Assembly (NCBI GenBank): GCA_963677925.2
Contig: CAXXYH010000003.1
Span: 608,001-672,000, forward strand
Reading direction: 5' to 3'
Source: Spirochaetia bacterium
GTDB lineage: Bacteria; Spirochaetota; Spirochaetia; UBA9216
DNA length: 64,000 nt
Shown here: piece by piece, positions 39,641 to 49,422 of the stretch
Layout of the letters: every line of letters starts with the position of its first letter
Position numbering within the stretch: the first letter of the stretch is position 1
Position numbers and translations under genes: made by a program
The notes under the pieces: model-generated
What the model saw: only the letters and a program-made list of their open reading frames with translations
Databases searched by the model: none
Told to the model about the DNA's origin: nothing

Positions 39641-41035
39641 ATGAAAAAAGCCTTACTGATAATTTTATCTGCAGCTCTGCTGCTCTCATGTTCCGCAAAA
39701 AAAGATCAGACTGCAGTGCCTTTGGATGCTGATAAAATAGCAGGTGAATGGTCCGGGACAATGAAGGCTGGAGGACAGGATCTTGAGCTTGCCTTTCACA
39801 TCAAAAATGACAGCGGCGATCTTACTGCAGTAATGGATAGTATAACCCAGGGTGTAAACGGCATAATAGCAGAGGATGTCGCTATCAATCAGACTGAATT
39901 GAAAATAAACTTTAAATCAATAAACGCAGTTTATACTGCATCACTAAGCGGAACCGATACCCTTGAAGGCTCATGGAAGCAGGGCCCCGGAAAGTACGAT
40001 CTTACATTACAGCGGAGAAGATCTGCTCTTACCGCACCCATGAGACCCCAGGATCCGTCTGAGCCCTATCCATACAAATCTGAGGATGTTACCTTCCGGA
40101 ACCTGAAACAGGATGCAGTGCTTGCAGGTACCCTGACCTATCCTGATTCGGGAAAGGCTGATTATGCTATTATTCTTATATCAGGCTCAGGCAGTCAGGA
40201 CCGTAACGAGGAGCTTATGAACCACCGGCCCTTCCTTGTGATTTCCGACTATCTGACCAGAGAAGGAATTGCGGTGCTGCGGTATGATGATCGTGGATTC
40301 GGGGAATCCACCGGTGATGCGGCTGATGCTACAAGTGCAGATTTGGCAACTGATGCAGATGCGGCGGTAAATTTCATGGCTCAGCAGGATTTTGTTCAGG
40401 TAGGAAAAATCGGCCTGGCCGGACACAGTGAAGGCGGACTCATTGCTCCGATTACGGCCAACAGCAATGAACTGGTTGACTTTGTCATACTGCTTGCCGG
40501 CCCCGGCGTACCGGGCGACAAGCTGTTGATGAGTCAGTCGGAGGCAATCATGAAGGCGGCCGGTGCCTCGGAAGCAGCAATTAAACAGACTTCAGAGATC
40601 AACAGGAAGGTTTACGACATTCTGCTGAATGAAACAGATGATGAAATAATTAAAAATCAGATTATTCCTCTGCTTCAGTCTGCGGGACTGTCAGAAGCTC
40701 AGGCAGAACAGCAGATGCAGCAGCTGACTTCACCATGGTTTAAATATTTTACCGCCTACAATCCTGAACAGGAATTAAGCAGACTGAGTATTCCGGTGCT
40801 GGCAGTTAACGGCTCACTCGATCTTCAGGTGCCGGCAGAGGAAAACCTGACAGCTATTAGAAAAATTCTTGAAAAATCCGAAAAATCTGATTTCACTATT
40901 AAAGAATTTGACGGCCTGAACCATCTTTTTCAGCCCGCAGTTAAGGGACTTCCCTCAGAGTACGGAAGCATTGAAAAGACAATTGCACCTGAAGTTCTTG
41001 AATATATCAGTTCATGGATAAAAACCGCTTTATAA
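39641..41035 (+). CDS. Alpha/beta hydrolase lipoprotein
   Basis: LLSC lipobox; SGSG.QDRNE, RYDDRG, GHSEGG nucleophile elbow, LNHLFQ. Confidence 0.92.
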   Translation: MKKALLIILSAALLLSCSAKKDQTAVPLDADKIAGEWSGTMKAGGQDLELAFHIKNDSGDLTAVMDSITQGVNGIIAEDVAINQTELKINFKSINAVYTASLSGTDTLEGSWKQGPGKYDLTLQRRRSALTAPMRPQDPSEPYPYKSEDVTFRNLKQDAVLAGTLTYPDSGKADYAIILISGSGSQDRNEELMNHRPFLVISDYLTREGIAVLRYDDRGFGESTGDAADATSADLATDADAAVNFMAQQDFVQVGKIGLAGHSEGGLIAPITANSNELVDFVILLAGPGVPGDKLLMSQSEAIMKAAGASEAAIKQTSEINRKVYDILLNETDDEIIKNQIIPLLQSAGLSEAQAEQQMQQLTSPWFKYFTAYNPEQELSRLSIPVLAVNGSLDLQVPAEENLTAIRKILEKSEKSDFTIKEFDGLNHLFQPAVKGLPSEYGSIEKTIAPEVLEYISSWIKTAL

Positions 41036-42164
41036 CTCCGTAGGCGAAGGCTTTATTACCGCGGCTGTCAAGCAGGTATGAATCCGGGTGCTGGATGTCA
41101 GTGCTGCCCTCTTTCAGTTTGAAGAAATAAACCTCTTCAACATCAAGAGAATCAAGGGTATGCATGTAGCCCGGAAGCCTGCTTGCCAGATCGAATTCAG
41201 TTGGATGCCCCAGTTCATCATAGAGCCTTTCGGGCCAGGGACCTCCGAATTCACTCACAATAACAGGAATGTTGTAATCAAGTCCTGAATTCTGAGCTGC
41301 TGTTCTGAAAGCCTGCAGATGCTTTGACCAGTCATCATTATCATCATAGAAATGGATATCAAGCATTTCGACATTCGTGTTCGAAAGTATATTCTCAACA
41401 CGGGCGGTCATCCTGTCCTCCGTCGGCAGGGCTGCGTACTCGGCTACCTGATCTTCAAAAACGGACTGTCCCTCAATGGTAACTTCGGTTACAAGTCCCT
41501 GATCATAGGCAAGCATATGTCTTGCTGAAAAACTTCCGAGAACTATAGTCGGAGTCGAACTGCTGTTTGCAGTACGGTAATTTGTTACTTCCTCTGATAG
41601 AATATTCGTGTATGAAATAAAAGCCTCTTCAGAACCATTTAGATAATCATCGATTTCCCAGTTCCACTCATTGCCAAGCTGAATACGGGCAACCTTGTCA
41701 CCGTAATCAGTAAGAAAATCTGCTATAAGCTGACGGAAGCTGGCAAGCGTGATGCTGTCGTCATGTTCAGAGTCATCGGGCAGCCAGTCCGGCCAGGAAT
41801 GGGTCTCAACAGTCAGAAGAACCTTTATTCCTGCATCGGCAAAGGCATTCAGCCTGTATTCAAGCGCATCCCAGGAATATGAATCCTCTGAGGGTTCCCG
41901 GAATGACCAGTCAAAGCCTATTCTGGCCCAGCTGGTCCCCAGATCGGTCATGGCGGTTATTGATTCCGACACATCGGACTCCGATCTCACATTCGGGAAG
42001 GCAATTCCAACGTCAAGAGAATCAAGGGTGTAATCATAGTCTTCATAAGGGAATTCCTGAGATGTACATGACAGACCTGACAAAACCGTCACAACGATAA
42101 TCAGAATTACGAAGCCTCTTAAAACAAAAGTAATTCTATTATTAATATTCAAATTAGGCTCCAT
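41007..42164 (-). CDS. Clan-A glycoside hydrolase-like lipoprotein
   Basis: LSC lipobox; W.R..FDW, GNEWN acid/base, DIHFY, VSEFG nucleophile; start uncertain (42164 or 42170). Confidence 0.7.
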   Translation of the reverse strand: MEPNLNINNRITFVLRGFVILIIVVTVLSGLSCTSQEFPYEDYDYTLDSLDVGIAFPNVRSESDVSESITAMTDLGTSWARIGFDWSFREPSEDSYSWDALEYRLNAFADAGIKVLLTVETHSWPDWLPDDSEHDDSITLASFRQLIADFLTDYGDKVARIQLGNEWNWEIDDYLNGSEEAFISYTNILSEEVTNYRTANSSSTPTIVLGSFSARHMLAYDQGLVTEVTIEGQSVFEDQVAEYAALPTEDRMTARVENILSNTNVEMLDIHFYDDNDDWSKHLQAFRTAAQNSGLDYNIPVIVSEFGGPWPERLYDELGHPTEFDLASRLPGYMHTLDSLDVEEVYFFKLKEGSTDIQHPDSYLLDSRGNKAFAYGVIKRFLSMN

Positions 42165-42263
42165 TTTCATTACAATAGTTATTGAGAATATAATACTTTT
42201 TGCTTGCAATATCTTACGTATTTTATAATCTTTTAAGAACAATCTTTTTTATGGAGAAAACAG

Positions 42264-43664
42264 ATGGGAAAAAATCTTTTCAATAAAGTATGGGACCTGC
42301 ATAAAATAAAAACACTTGATTCAGGAATGGATCAGCTTTTTATAGGGCTTCACCTTATTCATGAGGTAACCTCACCCCAGGCATTTGCGATGCTTGAAGA
42401 AAGGGGGCTTAAAGTAAAATATCCTGATCGAACATTTGCAACAGTCGACCATATAGTGCCGACAGACAATCAGGCAAGGCCCTTTGCCGATGAACTTGCA
42501 GAGAAAATGATGCAGGCGCTTGAAAAAAATACAAAGGATGCAGGAATACAGTTTTTCTCCCCGACTACAGAGAATCAGGGAATTGTACACATTATAGGAC
42601 CCGAACTTGGACTTACACAGCCGGGAATGACTATAGCCTGCGGAGATTCGCATACATCAACTCACGGAGCCTTCGGTGCAATCGCGTTCGGAGTTGGAAC
42701 CTCTCAGATCCGTGATATTCTTGCAACGCAGACAATGGCTATCACACGTCCGGGAGTAAAACTTATCTATGTAGACGGCAAACTGAAAGACGGTGTTTAT
42801 GCGAAAGACATTATCCTTAAAATAATCAGAGAGCTTGGTGTAAAGGGCGGGCTTGGACTTGCCTACGAATACGGAGGTCCTGCAATCCACGCGTTAAGCA
42901 TGGAAGAAAGAATGACAATATGCAACATGAGTATTGAAGGCGGAGCCAGAGCCGGCTATGTCAACCCGGACAGCATTACCTATGAGTACCTTAAAGGCAG
43001 AAAATATGCCCCGGATGCGGCAAGCTATGCAAAAGCAGAAGCTTACTGGGACAGCCTGAAATCTGATGCCGATGCAGAATATGACGAACGCTGGGATCTT
43101 GATGTTTCAGGGCTCGGCCCGATGGTTACCTGGGGAATAAATCCCGGTCAGAGTGTTGAAGTTGATGAAAAGATGCCGGCTCTCGATTCATTCTCTCCTG
43201 AAGAGCGTGATACAGCAAGGCAGGCTTATGCGCATATGGACTTTAAAGAGAACGAGCAGATACTCGGAAAGAAGATAGATGTAGCCTTTATAGGCTCCTG
43301 TACAAACGGACGAATATCAGATCTCCGTGAAGCAGCATCGGTTGTAAAGGGAAAGCGGGTCAATTCCGATGTAAAGGCTCTGGTTGTTCCAGGCTCCAAA
43401 CAGGTTGCAAAGCAGGCGGAAGCTGAGGGCCTTGACCGGATCTTTTCCGAAGCCGGCTTTCAGTGGAGAAATGCCGGATGTTCCATGTGTCTTGCAATGA
43501 ATGCCGACAAACTTTCCGGACGCCAGCTGTCGGCTTCCTCATCAAACCGTAACTTTATCGGCCGTCAGGGCTCCCCTACCGGAAGGACTCTGCTTATGAG
43601 CCCGGCAATGGTAGCAGCTGCCGCACTGAATGGAAAAGTTACTGATATCAGAGAATATAAATAA
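42264..43664 (+). CDS. leuC: 3-isopropylmalate dehydratase large subunit
   Basis: [42 protein letters not shown]. Confidence 0.97.
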   Translation: MGKNLFNKVWDLHKIKTLDSGMDQLFIGLHLIHEVTSPQAFAMLEERGLKVKYPDRTFATVDHIVPTDNQARPFADELAEKMMQALEKNTKDAGIQFFSPTTENQGIVHIIGPELGLTQPGMTIACGDSHTSTHGAFGAIAFGVGTSQIRDILATQTMAITRPGVKLIYVDGKLKDGVYAKDIILKIIRELGVKGGLGLAYEYGGPAIHALSMEERMTICNMSIEGGARAGYVNPDSITYEYLKGRKYAPDAASYAKAEAYWDSLKSDADAEYDERWDLDVSGLGPMVTWGINPGQSVEVDEKMPALDSFSPEERDTARQAYAHMDFKENEQILGKKIDVAFIGSCTNGRISDLREAASVVKGKRVNSDVKALVVPGSKQVAKQAEAEGLDRIFSEAGFQWRNAGCSMCLAMNADKLSGRQLSASSSNRNFIGRQGSPTGRTLLMSPAMVAAAALNGKVTDIREYK

Positions 43665-43671
43665 GGGGAAG

Positions 43672-44286
43672 ATGATGGTTAACGAAGCAATGGTAATAAA
43701 AGAATTAAGCGGAAAAACCGTAACAGTCAGGGGCAACGATATCGACACCGACCGGATCATCCCTGCGCGTTTCATGAAAGTTGTAACCTTTGACGGACTT
43801 GGAGAATTTGCCTTTCAGGATGAGCGTTTTGATCAGGAAGGCAATAAAAAGAAGCACCCCTTCAATGAAGAAGCATATACCGATGCCGAAATACTCATAG
43901 TGAATAAAAATTTCGGCTGCGGTTCATCCCGAGAACATGCCCCTCAAGCTCTTAACCGCTGGGGAATAAAAGCCGTTGTCGGCGAATCATATGCCGAGAT
44001 ATTTGCAGGCAACTGCGGTTCCATGGGAATTCCTGCAGTTACAGCATCTGCAGAGGATATTGAAAAGCTGATGAAGATTTCGGAATCTAATCCTGATGCT
44101 TCAATTACAATCGATCTTGAGAATATGGAAATTACAGCAGGAGATTTGAAGATCAAAACAGGAATGCAGCCTGCGGCGAGATCCGCCTTTCTTGAAGGAA
44201 GCTGGGATTCAACAGCATCACTGCTTGTAAACATGGAGCTTATTGAAAAACGGGCTTCAGAACTTCCTTATATAGCCGGTTATTAA
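43672..44286 (+). CDS. leuD: 3-isopropylmalate dehydratase small subunit
   Basis: DIDTDRIIPARF, NFGCGSSREHAP, AEIF.GN; start ATG 43672. Confidence 0.96.
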   Translation: MMVNEAMVIKELSGKTVTVRGNDIDTDRIIPARFMKVVTFDGLGEFAFQDERFDQEGNKKKHPFNEEAYTDAEILIVNKNFGCGSSREHAPQALNRWGIKAVVGESYAEIFAGNCGSMGIPAVTASAEDIEKLMKISESNPDASITIDLENMEITAGDLKIKTGMQPAARSAFLEGSWDSTASLLVNMELIEKRASELPYIAGY

Positions 44287-44308
44287 ACCTGGGAGAGAAT
44301 TAAAACTT

Positions 44309-45481
44309 ATGATAAAACTGGTACTTAAAAAAGGCAGAGAAAAATCTGTCCTGAACCGCCACCCATGGCTGTTTTCCGGTGCTGTTTATGAAATCACCGG
44401 TTCACCCCGAAAAGGGGATATTGCAGCTGTGTATGACAGCAGTAATAATTTTGTAGGTACCGGTTTTATCAACCCGGGCAATTCACTGGTTGTACGCTTT
44501 CTGTCATTTACCGAGGAAGCCATTGACAGCGCCTTCTGGGAGAAACGTATAGACAGTGCGTTAAAGCTGCGTAAACAGCTAATCGGCGAAAAAACAGATT
44601 CATACCGGATAATTCATGGTGAAGGCGATATGATGCCCGGGCTTACAGTTGATAAATACGGTGATTATCTTGCTGTACAGGTTTCAACCAGCGGAATGGA
44701 AAAGGTCAAGGATGAGATTTTTAAAATTCTTCTGGAAAAGACCGGAGCCGCCGGGATCTATGAGAAAAACGATCTGCTTTCCAGAAAGCATGAAAAACTC
44801 CCGCTGTACGAGGCGGTATACTCCGGTGAAATTCCAGAGCAGATCACCATCACTGAAAACAGCTATAAATTCATGGTCAACGTCCGGACCGGGCAGAAGA
44901 CAGGGTTCTTCCTTGATCAGCGTGAAAACCGTAATTTTGTGAGGAAACTGTCAGAAGGCAGGAAGGTCCTTAATGCATGCTCCTACACTGGCGGATTCAC
45001 AGTTTATGCTGCAGCCGGCGGAGCAGAAGAAACCGTCAGTCTTGATATCTCTGCCGAAGCACTAAAGGCTGCGGAAGCCAATATGAAACTTAACGGATTT
45101 GATTCGGAGAATCACCGCTACCTGACCGGCGATGTCTTTGAAAGGCTTAAAACCTTCCGTGATGAGAACTTTGACATGATTATACTTGATCCTCCCGCCT
45201 TTGCGAAAAGCCGGGATGCAATCAAATCAGCGGCAAGAGGCTACAAGGAAATAAATCTGCAGGCTCTGCGGATAATTGCACCCGGAGGAATACTAGTAAC
45301 CTGCTCCTGCTCTCAGCACATTGATGCAGGCTTTTTCCAGAAGATCGTTCATGACGCGGCAAAGGATGCCGGGAGATATCTGAGAATAATTGAAATGCGT
45401 TCACAGGGCTTTGATCATCCGGTGAGCATCAATCATCCTGAAGGTGTGTACCTGAAGTGTCTTGCAGTTTATGTGGAATAA
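44309..45481 (+). CDS. rlmI: RlmI-like class I SAM rRNA methyltransferase (PUA domain)
   Basis: RHPWLFSG, GQKTGFFLDQRENR, YTGGF, LDPPAF, TCSCS. Confidence 0.85.
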   Translation: MIKLVLKKGREKSVLNRHPWLFSGAVYEITGSPRKGDIAAVYDSSNNFVGTGFINPGNSLVVRFLSFTEEAIDSAFWEKRIDSALKLRKQLIGEKTDSYRIIHGEGDMMPGLTVDKYGDYLAVQVSTSGMEKVKDEIFKILLEKTGAAGIYEKNDLLSRKHEKLPLYEAVYSGEIPEQITITENSYKFMVNVRTGQKTGFFLDQRENRNFVRKLSEGRKVLNACSYTGGFTVYAAAGGAEETVSLDISAEALKAAEANMKLNGFDSENHRYLTGDVFERLKTFRDENFDMIILDPPAFAKSRDAIKSAARGYKEINLQALRIIAPGGILVTCSCSQHIDAGFFQKIVHDAAKDAGRYLRIIEMRSQGFDHPVSINHPEGVYLKCLAVYVE

Positions 45482-45489
45482 AACAGTAA

Positions 45490-46293
45490 TCAGGGATTTA
45501 TAAGGGCATTGGTCCAGTCGACAAGCTGATGCCCGTCCGGCATGCTGATGCGTATTGATTTTAATCCGATTATATATTCGTCATCGTCTTCTTTAATAAG
45601 ATAAGTTGGTGTATTTGTAAATGTCTCTCCCCACGTACTGGATGAAACAGTACCAGAGAAAACAAGATCCTCACGCTCAATATCTGATGAATCAAGCCAG
45701 ATCATATCAACTTCATAATCACAGTCATTTAGGAAATCCGTGCTTCCGAAATACACGGTTGAATTAATTTCAATAGCGATTTCATTTGAAGCATCGGTCT
45801 CATCGCGAAATTCAATATCTACCATATCATTAAGGTACTTGAATCTGAAAATTGCTGAATTGTAGGAAAATTTAGTTCCTCCGGAAGGCAAAGTACCACC
45901 TGAGGTTATTCCGCCCGTGGTAACTTCGGGATATTCCTGAGTTTCAACAGGTTGGATATACAAAAGGCTGAGATTTACAGTAACTTTTTTCGAATCGACT
46001 ACAACCTCAGTCTCAAGAGAACCGCAGACAGAGTCTGCACTGTCGGTAGCTGTGCAGGTTAGATCATAAGTCCCGTATGGTACATCCTCAATGACATAAT
46101 TCGTTCCGGTCAATTCAACTTCCTCTTCATTGAAATTTAAAAGATAAGTGCGGCTGTCGCTTCCCGGGAAAAGGGTGGTCGAACCATCTTCGGCATAAAC
46201 AAAATTCAGATAAAGAGTACCAAGCAGAGGGGATTCACTGCTGCAGCTGAGAATAAGTAAGGTTGTAACTAATACCGCTAATAACTTTCTCAT
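45490..46293 (-). CDS. Hypothetical lipoprotein with N-terminal beta-sandwich
   Basis: ILSC lipobox; GTLYLNF...IEDVPYGTYDL. Confidence 0.75.
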   Translation of the reverse strand: MRKLLAVLVTTLLILSCSSESPLLGTLYLNFVYAEDGSTTLFPGSDSRTYLLNFNEEEVELTGTNYVIEDVPYGTYDLTCTATDSADSVCGSLETEVVVDSKKVTVNLSLLYIQPVETQEYPEVTTGGITSGGTLPSGGTKFSYNSAIFRFKYLNDMVDIEFRDETDASNEIAIEINSTVYFGSTDFLNDCDYEVDMIWLDSSDIEREDLVFSGTVSSSTWGETFTNTPTYLIKEDDDEYIIGLKSIRISMPDGHQLVDWTNALINP

Positions 46294-46533
46294 AGTACTA
46301 TCACATTCTTAACTATATTATTTTAAAGACTTTCTAGGATTAATTGCAAATACTATTATAAAAAAATTGCTTTTTTTTCGTACCCGGATACTGATTTATA
46401 ATATTTACATCTAAAAAGCTGTCGATTAAAATTGAAATATAAATTGATCATCAAGATGCACCTCAATGTGTTCTTCATTACTGCCGCGATTAACAGAAAA
46501 CTGAAGGCGGATACAGAAACACGGGAGACAAGC

Positions 46534-47892
46534 ATGAAAATTTATTTTATTAATTCAATCCTATTTTCAGTACTTTTAGTGATTTTCACCGGCAGCTGCA
46601 CCGAGGCACCGGCTGGTCCGGAGGAAGATGTTATAAGCATTGCCTTTGACGGAATCAGCCTGGAAGATTACGGGTCCTACGATTTCGGGGATGTTCCGGT
46701 ATACAGAACGAATACAGTATCAGTTTCTGTCACATACAATGGAGCAGGAATACTTCATATTACTGATGACATCGAAATTAACGGTACCGATGCAGATTTT
46801 TTTATGATATCCGGAGATTCTTCCGTTGAAATAGCTGCAGGCTCAACAGCAGAATTTACTTTATCCGGATACTCCGGTTCTGTTTATGGCATTAAAACAG
46901 CAGTGCTGACCATAAACAGCAGCTATGAGAGCAGTGAGACTTTTTCATGCAACCTAGAACTTAATTCAACACGCAGAGACTGGGTACAGGCTGAAACCGC
47001 CACCTCATGGGAGGGTAAAGTGCTTTCCGGCTGTATAGAGTTTAAGGATAAACTGTGGGTCCTGGGTGATTACACAGACTCAGTTTTTACAAATAACATA
47101 TACTTCAGCTCAGACGGTCAGACATGGGAGCAGGCGGAAGTCACAAGCAGTACCATGTGGGCCGCACGGTATAATTTCGGCTGTACCGTATTCGATGACA
47201 AATTATGGGTTATCGGAGGACAGAATGCAGATTCTACGACAAATTTAAACGATGTCTGGTACAGTGAAACAGGGACAGACTGGCAGGAAGCAGAACAGAC
47301 TTCCCGTGCAATGTGGTCTGTACGCTCCGGATTAGGCTGCGTCACATTTGACAATAAGTTATGGGTGATCGGCGGTTCTAATTCCGCAATCGGGGCGGCA
47401 TACAATGATGTCTGGTTCAGTTCAGACGGCAGCTACTGGACAGAGGCAGTCCCCTCTTCCGGAATAATCTGGGATGAAAGACAATCATTCGGCTGCTCAC
47501 CATTAAATGGCAAAATATATATAGCCGGAGGCATGGGTAGCTTTTCTCCTGGAAGTATGGCAACAACCTATTTCAGCGATGTCTGGTCCAGTGCTGACGG
47601 AATAACCTGGACTCGGCTGAACGCAGATAGTGAATGGGGCGCAAGAGCCTATCTTATGATGAAGCAATATTCCGCGAAATTATGGATAGCCGGAGGCGCC
47701 GGTGAGAATAATACCTCTGCACATAAAGATCTGTGGTACAGCTCAGACGGTATAAGCTGGTATGAATATGATACAGAAAATCACTGGGAAGCCCGGATTG
47801 GACAGTGCGGTACTGTCTATAAGGACAGGCTGTGGATAATGGGAGGATATAACACCGAGGGTAATATGTACACTGACATATGGTACTGGTAA
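46534..47892 (+). CDS. Lipoprotein with Ig-like (choice-of-anchor D-like) domain and Kelch-type repeats
   Basis: Start ATG 46534 (GGGAG RBS); FTGSC; YDFGDV; about six KLWVIGG...DVWxSxDGxxW repeats. Confidence 0.85.
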   Translation: MKIYFINSILFSVLLVIFTGSCTEAPAGPEEDVISIAFDGISLEDYGSYDFGDVPVYRTNTVSVSVTYNGAGILHITDDIEINGTDADFFMISGDSSVEIAAGSTAEFTLSGYSGSVYGIKTAVLTINSSYESSETFSCNLELNSTRRDWVQAETATSWEGKVLSGCIEFKDKLWVLGDYTDSVFTNNIYFSSDGQTWEQAEVTSSTMWAARYNFGCTVFDDKLWVIGGQNADSTTNLNDVWYSETGTDWQEAEQTSRAMWSVRSGLGCVTFDNKLWVIGGSNSAIGAAYNDVWFSSDGSYWTEAVPSSGIIWDERQSFGCSPLNGKIYIAGGMGSFSPGSMATTYFSDVWSSADGITWTRLNADSEWGARAYLMMKQYSAKLWIAGGAGENNTSAHKDLWYSSDGISWYEYDTENHWEARIGQCGTVYKDRLWIMGGYNTEGNMYTDIWYW

Positions 47893-47939
47893 AAACTGAA
47901 TATTGTTTATCTAAAACTCATTTTCGGATATTCTTATAG

Positions 47940-48221
47940 CACAGCTCGGGAATTAATTATACCTCAATACTCAGCGACGGTACGGTAACCGGCTGCAATA
48001 ACAACGGGCCGGCCTTTTACCAGGGGAATATAGCCGACCGTGATTTCAGTAAAATCCGTGAGAATAAATTCAAAATATACCGTTCTCCATTATGGAGAAA
48101 AAGCGGAATATGCACCGACTGTAAGGGATGGGTTTACTGTCTCGGCAACTCTGTTCACCTTCGCAACAGTGCAGATACCGAAGGCCCGGGTTTCTGCTAT
48201 CTGTACAGGATCAGTCCATAA
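47940..48221 (+). pseudogene. Radical SAM SPASM-domain fragment (N-terminus missing)
   Basis: 93 codons with no start: SGINYTSILSDGTVTGC...QGNI...CTDCKGWVYCLGN..HL...FC; in-frame TAG at 47937. Confidence 0.8.
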
Positions 48222-48858
48222 AGCTGCATTTATTTTTGAGCAGAACCTTATCACCTTTGACAGCCTGAAAAAGCTCCTCGCAGGTCCCGAAACCGCAGCT
48301 TCCGCAGTTTTTACCCGGCAGCGAAACTTCATTCCGTACCTCAGGAACAGCGAGTCCAGTCATCTGAGAGTTTGAAACCAGACGGTTCAGAATATAGCCT
48401 ATAGTAAATATTGCAGGAACCGTGAGGGCATACCGCAGGGCAGTAAACTGAAGGCCCAGAGATTTTAATTCCATAAAAAGCATTGGGATTTTTATTACAG
48501 CCCAGGAACTGATCAGGATAGTCAGATTACCTACTGAAGCTCCCTTCTTCTTAAGCGAAATACAGACCGGGAAGGCTGCATACACGGGACCCGCAGAGAG
48601 ACTTCCCAGGATGTAAGCAAAAAGAGCTCCTCTGAAACCTGAATCTTCACCAAGATGACGTTTAACAGTTTGTGCAGGAATCCATTCTCCAACAAGAGCA
48701 GAGAGTATAAGAACAAAGGGAAGAATCTGAACCATTTCTTTTAGAAATGAGAGAAGTATCAGAACGCCGCTCTGAGCTCGTTCCCGGTCAAAAATAATAA
48801 CAATAAGCCATAGAACAATTACTGTAATGGTTAGCGGATTGAGTTTTTTCTTTTTCAC
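48211..48858 (-). CDS. Permease (DUF318/ArsP-like half) with C-terminal 4Fe-4S domain
   Basis: GSLSAGPVYAAFP, KKGAS, WAVIKIPM..ME...LG..F...R; tail LPGKNCGSCGFGTC...C. Confidence 0.85.
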   Translation of the reverse strand: MKKKKLNPLTITVIVLWLIVIIFDRERAQSGVLILLSFLKEMVQILPFVLILSALVGEWIPAQTVKRHLGEDSGFRGALFAYILGSLSAGPVYAAFPVCISLKKKGASVGNLTILISSWAVIKIPMLFMELKSLGLQFTALRYALTVPAIFTIGYILNRLVSNSQMTGLAVPEVRNEVSLPGKNCGSCGFGTCEELFQAVKGDKVLLKNKCSFMD

Positions 48859-49331
48859 AGAATTACCCCCATTATGAGAGCTATGGAAATTGCAAAAATA
48901 AAACTGATGCTGTTTCTAAGTACAGTATACCTCAGACCGAAATGTCTTTTTTCAAGCGGTGACGTCGCAAGCCCTACCATAGTAAGTGTAGTTATAAACG
49001 CAGCTATAGCAGCCAGCGAGGCTCCTGAAACAACAAGCTGCTTTGCAAGAGGAAAGGCTATTACTCCGGGTAGTATAGTTACAGAGCCTATAACTGCACC
49101 ATAAACTGAAGCCAGCCAGCCCCTGCTGTTACCCAGATATTTTGCAATCTGTTCTTCGGGTAGATAGGCCAGGATAAGCGCAATTAAGGCAAGAAGAGAA
49201 AGCAGTTCAAGGCCCATCCCCTTTCCCATTTTCAGCGACATTTTCAGAGATTTTAACGTTCTGGGTTTTGATTTCAGAGCTGAGATAATCAACCCGATTA
49301 GTGTGAGTCCTATCAGAATATACAGGGTCAT
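48855..49331 (-). CDS. Permease partner subunit
   Basis: Start ATG 49331 (AGGAGG RBS); GSVTILPGVIAFPLA, FITTLTMVG..T.PLE...FG. Confidence 0.85.
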   Translation of the reverse strand: MTLYILIGLTLIGLIISALKSKPRTLKSLKMSLKMGKGMGLELLSLLALIALILAYLPEEQIAKYLGNSRGWLASVYGAVIGSVTILPGVIAFPLAKQLVVSGASLAAIAAFITTLTMVGLATSPLEKRHFGLRYTVLRNSISFIFAISIALIMGVIL

Positions 49332-49374
49332 TACAATCCTCCTGAAATAAATATACAGTTGAGTTATTTCTATA

Positions 49375-49394
49375 AGTGTAAGATATCTTACACT
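49375..49394. promoter_or_regulatory. Perfect 20-bp palindrome, Crp/Fnr (HcpR-like) binding site
   Basis: AGTGTAAGAT|ATCTTACACT between the divergent permease and regulator genes. Confidence 0.8.
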
Positions 49395-49422
49395 ATTTAA
49401 TTTTTCTGTTAAAATATTTGAT

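Noticed and set aside
48040-48375. 111-aa plus ORF and 80-aa minus ORF
   Set aside because: Off-frame overlaps of the SPASM remnant and the permease 3' end.
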